Shown: piece by piece, positions 27,101-39,555 of the stretch
Layout of the letters: each line of letters opens with the position of its first letter
Numbering within the stretch: the stretch's first letter is position 1
Source: Podarcis gaigeae
Lineage: Eukaryota
Assembly (NCBI GenBank): GCA_964106915.2
Contig: OZ066914.1
Reading direction: 5' to 3' (one strand)
DNA length: 64,000 nucleotides
Made by a program: the position numbers and the translations under genes
Notes under the pieces: generated by a model
The model's input: only the letters and a program-made list of their open reading frames with translations
What the model was told of the DNA's origin: nothing
The model's database searches: none

Positions 27101-28258
27101 TGCTTAGATAATCTCAGTTATAAAAGCCAGTCATACCAACATCTCAGTTATAAACCACCAACTGTAAAGTCCAATCATACCAACATCTCTCAAACAAGTC
27201 TCTTTTTAACAATGTGCTGCCAGATTTGAATCATGACCTAAAAAGTTACCAAGACATTATCCTACCAAGCCCAGAAATGCTTCAATTTATATTTTCACTT
27301 GGTTGTAAGAAAGAATCTCAAATTTGAGTCAAATCATTGCTGAGACAGGTCATTCTCTAGTTGGCTAGGACAGTGGTTCATGGTACCAGTGTGTCGTGGA
27401 ACCCTAGGGTGCCTTGAATGATGGTCAGGGGTGCCATAGGCAATACTGGCCACCATCCCTTTCCTTCCCTCCCTCCTCTAATGCCCTCTCACGTCTCTCC
27501 CTCCCAATGGCTTGCAAAGCTGTTTATTGCAGCAGCCCTGGCTATAATCTCCACAGGCAAATGTTGCCTCTGTGAGGCACCTCTCTTGGGGGGGGGGGCA
27601 ACTTAGAGGCCAGGGCAGAAACAGCAGCTGCCTGGAGGACTCCCAAGCAGAGGGGAGATGAAAGATGCTAAGGGAACACACCACAAGGGAAGGTGTTCAA
27701 AAAAGGGTGAGAGGCTGCCAGCTCTGCAGGGAAGGAGTGACATAACTGGGCTCCCGAGCCCCACAGGGGTGCTGCAGACAGAATGTAGTTGGTCAAGGGA
27801 GCTGTGGACTCAAACAGGTTGAAAACCTCCGAGTTCTAAGTTCTGAGTTTCCTACCACATCACATCCATCTAAAATAGGCTGCTTTCCAGCCTACTTATT
27901 GGCCATTACATTCTGCTCCACTATTGAGCATCATGGCATCTCCTGCCTGAAATTAACCCTTGATGCTATACAATGCTTCCTGTTGCTTGAGCTCCTTCAC
28001 TAAACATCTTCCTTTACTCCTTACTAAGCACTTCATAGCTTGCTGTCAGCAATATATAGTGCGGATGGTTTCAACTTCACTCTTGAGATACCAGCCACTT
28101 TTATTTTCTGCTGAGTGAAATAGGTTTCTTCCTAAAATAATTTTATCAAAAACTGTTTGTTGCTTTACTAAAACCTTTAATAAAAGAATAAAGAAAACAT
28201 GGGTTGCACTCTCTAGCCAATATAGGGCGTAGGTTATGGTACCTAAAGTCCAAAAGTA

Positions 28259-28487
28259 CAGTGGTACCTCGGGTTAAGAACTTAACTCGTTCCGGAGGTC
28301 CGTTCTTAACCTGAAACTGTTCTTAACCTGAGACACCACTTTAGCTAATGGGGCCTCCAGCTGCCGCCGCGCCACCACCGCCACATGATTTCTATTCTCA
28401 TCCTGAAGCAAAGTTATTAACCTGAGGTACTATTTCTGGGTTAGCAGAGTCTGTAACCTGAAGCGTCTGTAACCCGAGGTACCACTG
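28259..28487. mobile_element. Tc1/mariner (pogo/Tigger-like) MITE
   Basis: TIR CAGTGGTACCTCGGGTTA / TAACCCGAGGTACCACTG with TA TSD; opposite orientation to the 39335 and 47470 copies. Confidence 0.9.
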
Positions 28488-29912
28488 TATAAAAGGAATA
28501 TTTAGTGGAGGCAGCCAAACGAAAAATGAAGGTATCCACTTGGTGGCAGGAGTGAAGTTAAGTAGGAATGGTTTGTTTATCTAGTTCGTTTGGCTCTCTT
28601 CCCTCTCAAAAGGCAGAATACAGGTGTGCTGTCATACCAGTATTTTAAAATGTGACAACACTTTTATATTACCTGGATAGAGAGAGAAAAGGCATGCCTA
28701 TATGAATTCCCAATTATACATTGATAACTAAAGATTCTTAAAAGTTGCAAATTAAAGCAAGGAAGCCAAAAGGAACAAGAAATAATATATTGCCTTTAAC
28801 AGCTGTGTTCTGGGACTAGTTCAGCAGCATCAGTTTTTCATATAAGCAAGAAGCTAATGCCACTGTTATTCTCAGAACATCTTACTTTGCTTTATCATTC
28901 TGGATGATGTTCGGCCTGGACAAACAGAGTTGACTTTCTCTGCTCCACTGCAAAGCATGTTCGTCAATGTTGTTGTTATTTTTAAAGTCACCCGCCTTCA
29001 CATTTCCTGTGAAGTTAAGCCAGGGCTTTGCCCTAGTCATTTTCACAGAACTGAAGGGTCACCTCTATACAGTCACAGATCACAATGGCCTGAGACAGTA
29101 CAGCAGAAGCTAAAACTAGCATACCAACTCCAGACATCTGGAATTACCTCAGTAGCACAGCATGCCTGTTACTTGTCTCACCCCACCACTATTTGAAAGG
29201 GAGAAGGAATGAAATTACCGACACTAATCAGGACAACACTTATAACAAGTCCCCTCACTTCTTTCCACTCTTCATCTGGCAGGATCGGCAACAGCCTGCC
29301 TAGACTTTGTCAGCAAAGATCAGCTCCAACCAGAATCACATAATCAAAAAAAGTCTTCATTTATAGGCACACCTCAGCTAACCTTCTTGAAAAGTAATTA
29401 ATGTTAAAGAAAAATTAACACAATGAAATAACTGAGGACAGCTTACTTTTCCCCTAGCACAGCAGTTCTAATTGTTCAGCATGACAAAAGGGCCTGAGTA
29501 ATAATCAGGTGGATGGAAGAAATGTTACGAGATCAGCATAGAATTAATTGTACTAGCAGACAGACATGAGTAAGCTCTGCTTGCCACCTAGTTTGGTTTG
29601 GAAAGTAATCTACATACTCTTCCTACATACTCTTCCTTTCTCAGGATATGAGTAATTCAGTGAAGCATCATCTCATAAAAGCCATGATAAAATTGAAGTG
29701 CTCTGTGGGACCATCCAGATAGTACCTACCTTCCCTGTACCCTACGCATAGTCTTCCTGAATCAAGAAATGTAATGGGCCTGAGTATGATATGAAGACAT
29801 ATGAGGCCATCAACTTGCTGAAGCTAAGCAGGCTCATGCAGGCTGCATGAAGAGGAAAGGAAGGGCAAGTCTCTTTAGGCAAATGGAAGTCTACTGCACA
29901 AATGTGATGACC

Positions 29913-30099
29913 CTAAGGCCCGGGGGCCGGATGCAGCCCAATTACCTTCTCAATCTGGTCTGTGAATGGTCCAGGAATCAATGTGTTTTTGCATGAGTAG
30001 AATGTGTCCTTTTATTTAAAATGCATCTCTGGATTATTTGTGGGGCATAGGAATTGGTTCATTATTATTTTTCAAAATATAGTCCGGCCCACCACATGG
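29913..30099 (+). mobile_element. OC1-like hAT fragment, second copy
   Basis: Colinear with the 49046 copy (catgagtagaatgtgtccttttattt, ttatttgtggggcataggaatt). Confidence 0.7.
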
Positions 30100-31562
30100 A
30101 ACTCCCCCTGGTTTTGGCATTGCTTGGGCAGACAGCTAAAAACTTTACATTTTGTCTGACAAGTTATCAGTTTTCAAGAGACTTTTCAGATGTGAGGCTT
30201 AAAGCTATCATTGCTGCTTCGACTTGCAATGCCAGGGGAAAAAGCCTCAGTAGTTAATACAAGTGAGCGCTCTGTTTCCATTTCTACTTTTTCCTCCGTA
30301 TTGACACAAACATGCACCTTTGAGCTTCTCTTTATGTTTTCTCTCTAGCACAAAGCCTGAAGCGTAATTTTTATAGCATAATTTTATTGCCCTAATGTTA
30401 ATACTTGGAAGATGCTTAACATACATTGGTTAGCATCATAATAAAGTATCAAGAGGTAGGTTAGACTGAGACTTGACTTTGCACAAGACCACACCGATCT
30501 TCATGGCACTGCAAGGATTTGAACTGGGCTGTTCCACACTGGACCAGTCACTGGCCTGGGTTCAGTTCCTTGACTCTTGAATCCACAGTGAGACTCATTC
30601 CCTGTTCAATATGCAAATATATTCCATCCCATTTCTGAAAGCCCACCTGCTTCCCTGCAATTACTCCTATGCTGGCAAGTCATTTTACCATGATGGATCT
30701 ATTAAGGTGCTAGTTCACAGGCTGGTACGATTAACCTCCCAAAAACAGCATGACGTCAAAGTAATCACTGGGGAGTTGCTCTTGTCTGGATGCGCTTCCT
30801 ATCATTCATGTGCCATAGATATATTTTCACAGCAGACTATGAATCATAAGCAAGGAATGCTTGCTAGATAGCCACAGTAAGCCTGCAGTCCATAGCCAGT
30901 GTTTTCATTTGCATTCCCCAGATTAAGCATTTTCATATATTCAGGCTGCTTACACCGATAAGCAGTAAAAACAAATCTGAGTCATTTATGGGCTAGTTTA
31001 AGTGACAGATACAGCTAATATATTAGCCAACATTGTGCTTGTTTCATTTATTCATATTCTGTCCACTGTTCTCATTCTCCACCTCTGCCCCCTAGTATCA
31101 TGAAGAGCCATTCCTCAGGGGAAAATGGGACAATCCCATATTCACTGCTCAGAGCTCGAGGACATATATTATACAAATACAATAATAAACAAAGTCCTGC
31201 AAATTACAGAAGGATGCTGAATGAAATATCAAAGCTTTACAGACTGAAAGGCCTACCCAATCCCCCAGAGGCTCAGCCTTTTGACAAGATGCTTCCTTTA
31301 GGCTGTGATATAAACTCACTGACAACTTCCTGTTAGGCCAACTAGCAGAAACTGCAGGGATGCTGTGGGTTATCAGCCAGATGAGTTTCCCACACTCCTT
31401 CCTCTCCTGGCTTTGATTTGAATGAAGTAACACATGCAGATAAGCCTCTTCGAAAGAGGAATAGATGAGGCAACCATAGACAGGCACATTCGATTTTAAT
31501 TCATCATCACATTCTTGTGGTTGCATTTTGCTTCACCACTGTAAAGATTAAAGTAATTAGAA

Positions 31563-31630
<68 letters not shown>
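31563..31630. repeat. Compound (AC)n(AT)n microsatellite
   Basis: Direct reading. Confidence 0.95.
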
Positions 31631-31633
<3 letters not shown>

Positions 31634-31991
31634 CGATGATGAAAGACAAATGCACACAACCTGTAGATTATGGCAGACTATGGATATGAATTGGCAGTGG
31701 GGACTTCTGATATGACTACTTGCAAGGGCAGATAAGCCAATGAACATTCCAAAAACATACAAAGATGAGAGAAGTGATCCAAAAATAGACTATAAAAAGC
31801 ATGAACTATATGCTGGTCATCACAGGGGGGTGAGTAATTAAAGCAGTTAACAGATGCAGTGACAGTTGCACACTTCCAAATTGTGGCTACTAGGCACAAT
31901 TTGCAACTTGAACAGCACAGCATTGACATGCAGAAAAAGCAAGGATCCAACTTTCAAAACATAGCATCAGAATTAAAGTCTATGATCTTAC

Positions 31992-32255
31992 CTTGGTGTT
32001 CACACAAGATTTCCCACGCTTATATTCCTTATGGCTTGCTCTTTTATCTAGCTTGTTCCACAAGGCTTTGGCCTTCCAACTGGTCACCTTTGATTTAAGT
32101 TTTGTATAAAAGTTCCTGTTGTCCAAAGGATCTAGTTCAAGTTGACGAGTGAGGATATTAAAGGCCTGGATTGTACCTTTGCATGTTGAGGCTTGGACAA
32201 AGTTTTCAAATATTTGGCCAGCTTGGCTATATTTCTCATCGTCCTTTTCCCCCAT
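31992..32255 (-). CDS. MICAL2: MICAL2 coding exon 1 ([28 protein letters not shown]...[10 protein letters not shown]), 264 nt
   Basis: ATG at 32255-32253 in strong Kozak context (gaacATGg); donor AAG|gtaaga at 31991; acceptor ttcctag|g places the exon start at 32349 (94 nt 5'UTR). Confidence 0.96.
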
Positions 32256-32349
32256 GTTCCAAGTAGTAAAAGAAGAATATCCTAATGGCATGCTCTTAGG
32301 CTGGGGTTCAGCTGAAATATGCTATCAGGTTTTCGCAAGCATGTAACAC
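32256..32349 (-). other. MICAL2: MICAL2 5'UTR part of the start-codon exon
   Basis: Polypyrimidine acceptor tctgtctcttcctag at 32350 onward; contains two upstream ATGs. Confidence 0.75.
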
Positions 32350-32598
32350 CTAGGAAGAGACAGATATAGGTCAAGTTAGTGCCACCTTAGGACAAGATTC
32401 AAATCCTTACAAACTACAGGTTAAGAAGCCTGCAGGATACAAAGCACATTGTGGGAATAATCTATGGACCTTGAGGGACAAACACTTCTGAATAAATGAA
32501 CACAGTAGTTTTCAGCAAATTGTGTATCCTATGTAAAGCAGAATTCCCAAATAAGATGCCTCTGCTCTCTTTTATTTATAACTAGCTACTTTTGCAAA

Positions 32599-32868
32599 CG
32601 GGTTGAGCGCCTGTTGCTCGGTCCCTGCTCCTGTCAACCTAGCAGTTCGAAAGCACATGAAAGTGCAAGTAGAGAAATAGGTACCGCTCCAGCGGGAAGG
32701 TAAATGGTGTTTCCGTGTGCTGCTCTGGTTCACCAGAAGTGGCTTAGTCATGCTGGCCACATGACGCGGAAGCTGTACGCCGGCTCCCTCAGCCAGTAAA
32801 GCAAGATGAGCGCCACAACCCCAGAGTCATCTGCAACTGGACCTAATGGTCAGGGGTCCCTTTACCTT
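32599..32868 (+). mobile_element. Sauria SINE, 5'-truncated
   Basis: ctagcagttcgaaagcac...gctggccacatgac...ctttacctttac tail; 12-bp TSD TACTTTTGCAAA (32587-32598 / 32869-32880). Confidence 0.9.
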
Positions 32869-34769
32869 TACTTTTGCAAAACTGCAATAGAAAGGATGGC
32901 AGATTTACCTTCTTCAGTGACAACCTACTGCTTCTTTCCCACTTTCCTAGAGCGCGATTTTCAAAATGTCCTTAGCATTTGTTACTATCAGATCACCCAG
33001 TATTTTTCTTACTTTAAGGGTGGTAAGCATACTGACCCTTCAAACTGTGAAAATTGAGATTCTCAGGATTTCATCAAGCAGTATCTGAGCAATATGTTTA
33101 ATTTAACAACAATTAACTGATGCTCAGCATACACTTGCTGATCAGTTATATAGTTTCTTGTAAGACAGCAGGAACAGCAACAAGCGAAGGTGCTGCTTGA
33201 CTTTCCCCTTCCTACCATTTGTGTCTTCAAAATTACCCCCAAAGTTATTTCACACAAAACCAAAATCTTCCGAGTTCCCAAACAAGCTATGCTGTTGCCA
33301 AAATACACATCCGAGGGAAACATCACATTAAAAGCGGGGAACAATCTTTATAGGATCTCTTCACAAGGTGGCAATCACAATGGTTTCCCTCACCTTCTCG
33401 TTCTGTACTGAATCAGCTGTACTGTTTTAGAAGTACAGGTAAGGTTACAACTTAATAGGGCAAAGTACAGTCTAGTCACATCAGGCATTAACTCATGGTT
33501 AAGTGTTTCAAAGGTCAAGAACTTGTGTTTCACTAACCATTTGTAACATCCAACCTGTTAGAGGATTTGGGTTACTATAGGATTATTCGTCCAACACCCA
33601 CCCACACCCTGATGTATTCTGCACAATGCATTCTTGAGGCATCCTTTTTTGCACCATTTATTTGGATAGACAACAGTGTTTATGAAGGATGCTCACTCTG
33701 CACTATAACAGAATAAATTCCTGTTCCCTTTCCACCAGGCTGTTTATTCTAGTACGTGATTCTCCTTTGCATTGATACCCTACATCTGTAAAGCTGTCTG
33801 AGCCTAAGGAATGAATAAAATTCCTGCCCAGAACAGAAGATCACAAAAGTGAAGCTCCTCATTATTTTTAAGTATTTTTAGGGAATTGTTTCTTTCAAGC
33901 TCAGACGATTAACACAACTTTTTTAAAGGTCTGGTGTGACATGTATATTTCTGCAGAATATTTATTACTCAATTTATTTATTACTTTTTAATGAAAATAT
34001 ATCTTTTGTGGCTGAGCATACCAATGAGATAATCCTCATGGCACACATTGCAACTGCTTCAATTATACCCATAATTTCATCTTTTAGCAACATTGTCCAA
34101 CAGTACCATAATGTTTTTTAGCAATGCTGCCTAGGAGGAACACAGAGGACTTCTATTTTGGAACGCAGAATTTCATCTGTCACAGGGCAAATTATTCTGC
34201 CTGATCAATCCTTGATGCTTCTAAAGATCCAATCTTCTTAGAAGCAAAAGTTGATTCATTGGGAGCTGCTCACATTACCTCACTGCAACTCATTTAGAAG
34301 TTGCTGGTAATTGCAAAATGTGGATTTTCTATCAAAGATTGGCTTGGAATATTTTTAGAGCATGGCCTTATTGAAGAGACTTGCTTATCAAAGCCATGTT
34401 GTGAGAGTGATAATCAGAAGAGATAAATTTCAGCTTATCTGGGGGTCTTTCATATCCTATTTGAAAAAGGATAGGATACTGTTGCAACCTCTAGCGACTC
34501 AAGTCATGAAGTGGAAGGGGTTTATAAGGTGCTATTTGGTAATTCTATACTCGACATTCTCATGAATGGTACTTTATTCTGCTTGGTCAGATTTTTTTAA
34601 TGTTGTACATCCATAAATATAAAACTTCAATTAAAATCAACTTTTAAAAAAAGAATTAAGAAGAAGTGGATAAAAGGCATTGCCAAATAATTGCAGTGAA
34701 ACAGAGCAGTCAAAGTATAAAATCTCTCTCCCTACACTGGTAATATTGCTGGACATTTCTTACCTCACT

Positions 34770-34902
34770 ACAGTCAACGTGATGCCTTCCAAATGTTGTT
34801 GGACTCCTCCAACTCCCATCAGCAACAGCAAGCACGGTCACTGGCCAAGAATGATGGAAGATAAAGTCCAGCAACATCTGGAGGGCATCAAATTGGTGCC
34901 TG
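34770..34902. mobile_element. Degenerate short hAT MITE (same hairpin-core family)
   Basis: gatgccttccaaatgttgttggact...agtccagcaacatctggagggcatc inverted arms. Confidence 0.6.
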
Positions 34903-35420
34903 CAGCTTACTTGTGCAAGATTGTTCTTCATTCATTACAGAACATGAGCTCCACCGAACGACCTCCCCTCTTCCTAGAGTCTGCGCAGCCCCCTATTATT
35001 TTATCTGTACTAACCAGAGAATTCTAATCCATCACTCTCCCAGCTCATAATATTAACTATACTTTATTCAGCAATGCAAAAGAAAATGCACAAGATTGCT
35101 GCCCCATTACTATAATGGATTCTAATTTCAAAATCACAAAAATGCTTGATATTGTGCTTGGATTTGAAGTTGAGAGAAGGAGAGGCAAATGGTCTTATAT
35201 GATTGCAATACTTTACAAAAATGAAGGGGATACGCACACACGACACATTCGCTACCAAAACATAAACTGGATGTTGTATTACGTGATGGAAAGCTTTCAG
35301 TCTCCATCAAGCCATTCAGTGTGACAAGAACATCAGTGTGCATCCAACAATCATCGTTTTGGTCTCAATTTTGTCCTATTTCAGAACAGTGCTTCTGCAC
35401 GGACAAATTATGAGTGGCCA

Positions 35421-35660
35421 TAAGAAGAAGAGTTTGGATTTGATATCCCGCTTTATCACTACCCGAAGGAGTCTCAAAGCGGCTCACAATCTCCTTTCCC
35501 TTCCTCCCCCACAACAAACACTCTGTGAGGTGAATGAGGCTGAGAGACTTCAGAGAAGTGTGACTAGCCCAAGGTCACCCAGCAGCTGCAGGTGGAGGAG
35601 CGGGGAAGTGGACCCGGTTCACCAGATTAAGTCCACTGCTCTTAACCACTACACCACACT
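35421..35660 (-). mobile_element. tRNA-derived SINE with (CTT)n tail (MIR/CORE-like; possibly lacertid Squam2-type)
   Basis: Minus strand begins gtgtggtgtagtggttaagag (tRNA A box); gcccaaggtcacccagc core motif; aagaagaag tail on + strand. Confidence 0.7.
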
Positions 35661-36391
35661 ACACCACAAGTATCTCTTCCCACCCAGCTCTGCTCTGTGG
35701 GGTACACACAACTGCATTCATCATGTCACACCATTACGATTCCTCATGAGCTCCTGAGCAGCCCACTTCCCTAGCACTCCTTAACTACCCAAATGAAGAA
35801 AAGCTGAAGAGGCTTATGGAAGGTGCAAACAGGTTTATCCTCACAATAGCCTGCTGCATTGACCACTCATATGCATACACTATGGAAAAAGAGGGAAACA
35901 GGAACAGGGAAATTTATTATGCCTGCTAGAGAGCCTTCTGTGCATATGTACTTCCAAAAGCATTGGATTGAAACTTCTTTTTTCCTAAGGCTTTGAGTTA
36001 GTATTATCAGGAGCAACAACAGAACCTCTGTAGAAACTGTTGCTTTGGCCTTTCTCCATCACCTCTTTCTTTCAAAATGATGAGCTGCTATTCTTCTTCT
36101 TAACACAGTGTTTATAATACAGTAAGCAAAGCTTTGCAAGCAAGTCAGCAACCCTCCTGGAAAGATCATTTCTCTTGCTCGGCACTTTGCACAGCTGTGC
36201 GCTGCAAGCTAGTGCTTATATTCTGCAATACTATGGGAATTTGCCTTACATTTCTTACAGCACACATGTTTCAGGCCATCTATTTCCTTCTATTTTTGAG
36301 GCTAACTCTTCGGGTGCAGGGACCTGTCTATGTTATGGTTGAACAAAACCTAGTAGGCAAATCCTTGGAATACTTGGGAAGGAAACACTGA

Positions 36392-36575
36392 GGAGGGACA
36401 ATAGCTCAGTGCCTGGTTTGCATGCAAAAAGATTCATGTTCAGTCCATGGCATTCCCAGTTAACAGGATCAGGTAGTGGAGGGGGAGAGACCCTGGAGAG
36501 TTGCTTCCTGAGAGCAGAAGATACTGGGCTAGATGGACCAATGGTCTGACCAGGCATAGTAAGGCAGTTTCCCAG
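36392..36575 (+). mobile_element. Degenerate Squam3-like SINE
   Basis: tagctcagtg...gagaccctggagag...ctagatggaccaatggtctgac...aaggcagtttcc; colinear with the 47203 copy. Confidence 0.65.
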
Positions 36576-36655
36576 TGGATCTTAAGCATTTTGCCACTTC
36601 CCCTGCACTGCTCTAGTTGTGCCGGAACTCATTAGTCCATACAGAGCACCTTGAG

Positions 36656-36757
36656 CAGTGGTGGCCAACTTGGTACTCTCCAGATGCTGTTGGATTCCAA
36701 CTCCCATCAGCCCCAACCAGCACAGCCAATGGCTAGGGATGCTGGGAGTTGTAGGCC
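36656..36757. mobile_element. Truncated short hAT MITE (same hairpin-core family)
   Basis: cagtggtggccaact...caactcccatca...gatgctgggagttgtag. Confidence 0.6.
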
Positions 36758-39334
36758 AATGCTATACAGTCTGCCAATGTCTAAAGCTAGAAAGTCACAT
36801 GGGTTCAGCTGTTTCAAGGAAAGACACCTCCCAGGTTTAGCTGGTGCCACTTCAGATCCTCTAAGGAAAAATGTCTCATTCTATCAAGCCTCAGGATGGT
36901 GGCCACCAGATGCATGAGGTCCTGTGCCATAGTTTCTAAATGTTTTTGTCTTCCTAAGTTCCGCCACTAGTTCTCACCATGAAAAGTTCCATCCCCTCTG
37001 CACCACCAATGCTGCCTGACTGAAAGGGAACCAAACAAGCAGAGGTCTCATGGGCTGTTGCTCTCCCATAGTTTTCTGTGTATTTAGATCACCGTGCACT
37101 TTTGAAGATGGTGACAGCAGGTCTTGGAACACAAATCACCATGTATTAATTCTCAGCGATATTAAAATGGTTTATTTTAAAATAATTTAAATTTATGAGG
37201 TCACAAAGGATGACTTAACCCACAGCCAAAAACTGGAATCAAAAATAGCATGAAGGTCACCACCAGTAGGAGGAACTGCTGCCTGGAAAGTGACTGCCAA
37301 AGGAAAAGCAACCCTTTGGAGTGATCCTTTAGTGGAACCAAGTCAGAACCCCAGAGACTCTGCTCTGCTGGAAACAGCAAAAGGAACAACAACCGGGAGA
37401 AATTCTGATCCCCAACATGGTTTTTATATTATATATGCAACTTTAGTGTTCTGATGTTTCATTTTGCTACGTTGTGTTTTGTTCTCCATTATAAGCAACT
37501 TTGCGTATTATTTTAACAGCAAAGCAGGACATAAATATTAAATTTAATCTCTTCATCTATAAGGGCTGTATGTACAAACCCTACTAGTGCACACTGCCTA
37601 TTCAGCCAAGTCAGAGAATACAGGAAGGGCTACAAATATCACAGCAATCCCAAGTTTCAAATATTTATGGAATGTTGAAAGTCAGGCTTGGGATCTCGTA
37701 GTATCCATTGGCGGCTGAAAGTTAGCTGTTACCTAGCTGCATAAGCCTTAAAGAAACAGCTACCAACTGAATATAGTATTTACATTATTTTACCTTTACA
37801 GTGAATAAGAAATAACCATTCATTATACTGTTTGCTAAGCAGCATAGTCTCGATGCCTGGTGGCAGTGGTTAGGAGGTTTTGAAATGCAAGAGTGGTTGG
37901 CAGTGGGAGCAAAACAGGAATTCCGCCAGACACCTGGAAAATCAGCAGTGGCAAATCAAATATGGTTCTCCACATACAGAGAGAGGTAAATTCACCACAG
38001 TCCTCTTGTCTGGGATAGAATCCACCAACCTTACCTTGAGTATCCCCTAGGGTATTGAGCCCTATTCTGTGTGCTGAAAGAGAGGATGATGTGTACCTCA
38101 GAAAATTAAACCACTATATTGCCCAGACTGCAGTTACGAACCAGTGAAATACTAGGAGAGACAATGGGGGTTGATGGATAGCTCAGGTCCTGCTTGCCAG
38201 GTTTCCTTCAGACATCTGGTTGACCACTGTGAGAACAGGATGCTGGTCTAGATGGGCCAGCATGCTCCTATGATCTATGGCCAATGACTAAGGGAGCAGC
38301 ACAGCTCATGTTGCAACTAACGGGCTGAATCCCCACCTTGCCCAGCAATCCTGCCTCAACCCTGAGTCTTCATTATGCTAACCTGTGCAGTATTTCTAAG
38401 GAAGATGCTTGTCTATTGATCTAGGAAAGCAGATACACTTTTTTCTAAGGAGAGTACAGTGGATTGAGCCTCCAACTTTAATGGGGGAGGGACTGTATCC
38501 CAGGACTAGATGTCTGGAAAATACTGCCCTAAAGCATTTAAACAGCATAATTCAGTGGTTAACACATATTCTCTCCTAAACAGTATTTATGGGTCACTGT
38601 ATATTTTTTATCACCGTGCTGCTTCATTTACAGTAATCTTAACTTTTAGCTCAATTCCTGGACATAATGTTTTTTCCATGTTATATTCCTGGGATATTGT
38701 CAGCACTACTAAAGCAAGTCCCTATGTGGTGGTGCTCCAATTTCTTTTTATTACAAAGGCTAAGCATTCACTCTGCCTTTATTTCCTGCCTTTGCTTTAA
38801 ATCGCATCCAAGACACACAGTAAGGCTAACTAAAGTTAGCTTTAAAGCTATCTGGCAACCTTTAATTTAAAAAAGTTTTAAAATAGCCTCCATGTTTTAT
38901 AGAAAAGCTACCCACAACCATTTTATATTGAACTAAATTAGCCTGATATTATGATCCTCATGGGAAGCGCTTTCCAAGATGTGAAGCAAATTCACGTTAA
39001 TTGATTGCAAAGTTCACTCTGAAAACCTTCTAGCTATAGTTGTAAATTGCTGCAGTCAAACAGTGTCGGAGCACTGAAGAGGAGAGTGTGTGCTCGTTGT
39101 TGTTTTTTAACCATTTTCTTTTTTAGAAAAAAAAGGTTTGCCAGTATTTGCTCTGGTGCTCAGTAAGGAAAAGCTCAAATACCTAAGCACTGGAGCCTTA
39201 GTCACATGTTACTCACATGTGGCCATAAGTGTGTAGAGTAAGGAACTTTTAGAGCCACCCCTGTTGTGTCATCCTTTCACTGTGTGTGGCTGTGCGAGAA
39301 GCAAGCCCAGCATGCAAGCACCTGCTTGCAAGTA

Positions 39335-39555
39335 CAGTGGTACCTCGAGTTACATACGCTTCAGGTTACAGACTCCACTAACCCAGAAATAGTGCTTCAG
39401 GTTAAGAACTATGCTTCAGGATGAGAAATTGTGCTCCGGTGGTGCGGCAGCAGCAGCAGGCCCAATTAGATAAAGTGGTGCTTCAGGTTAAGAACAGTTT
39501 CAGGTTAAGAACGGACCTCCGGAACGAATTAAGTACTTAACCCGAGGTACCACTG
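39335..39555. mobile_element. Tc1/mariner (pogo/Tigger-like) MITE, same family
   Basis: TA|CAGTGGTACCTC...GAGGTACCACTG|TA; internal ttcaggttaagaac repeats. Confidence 0.9.
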
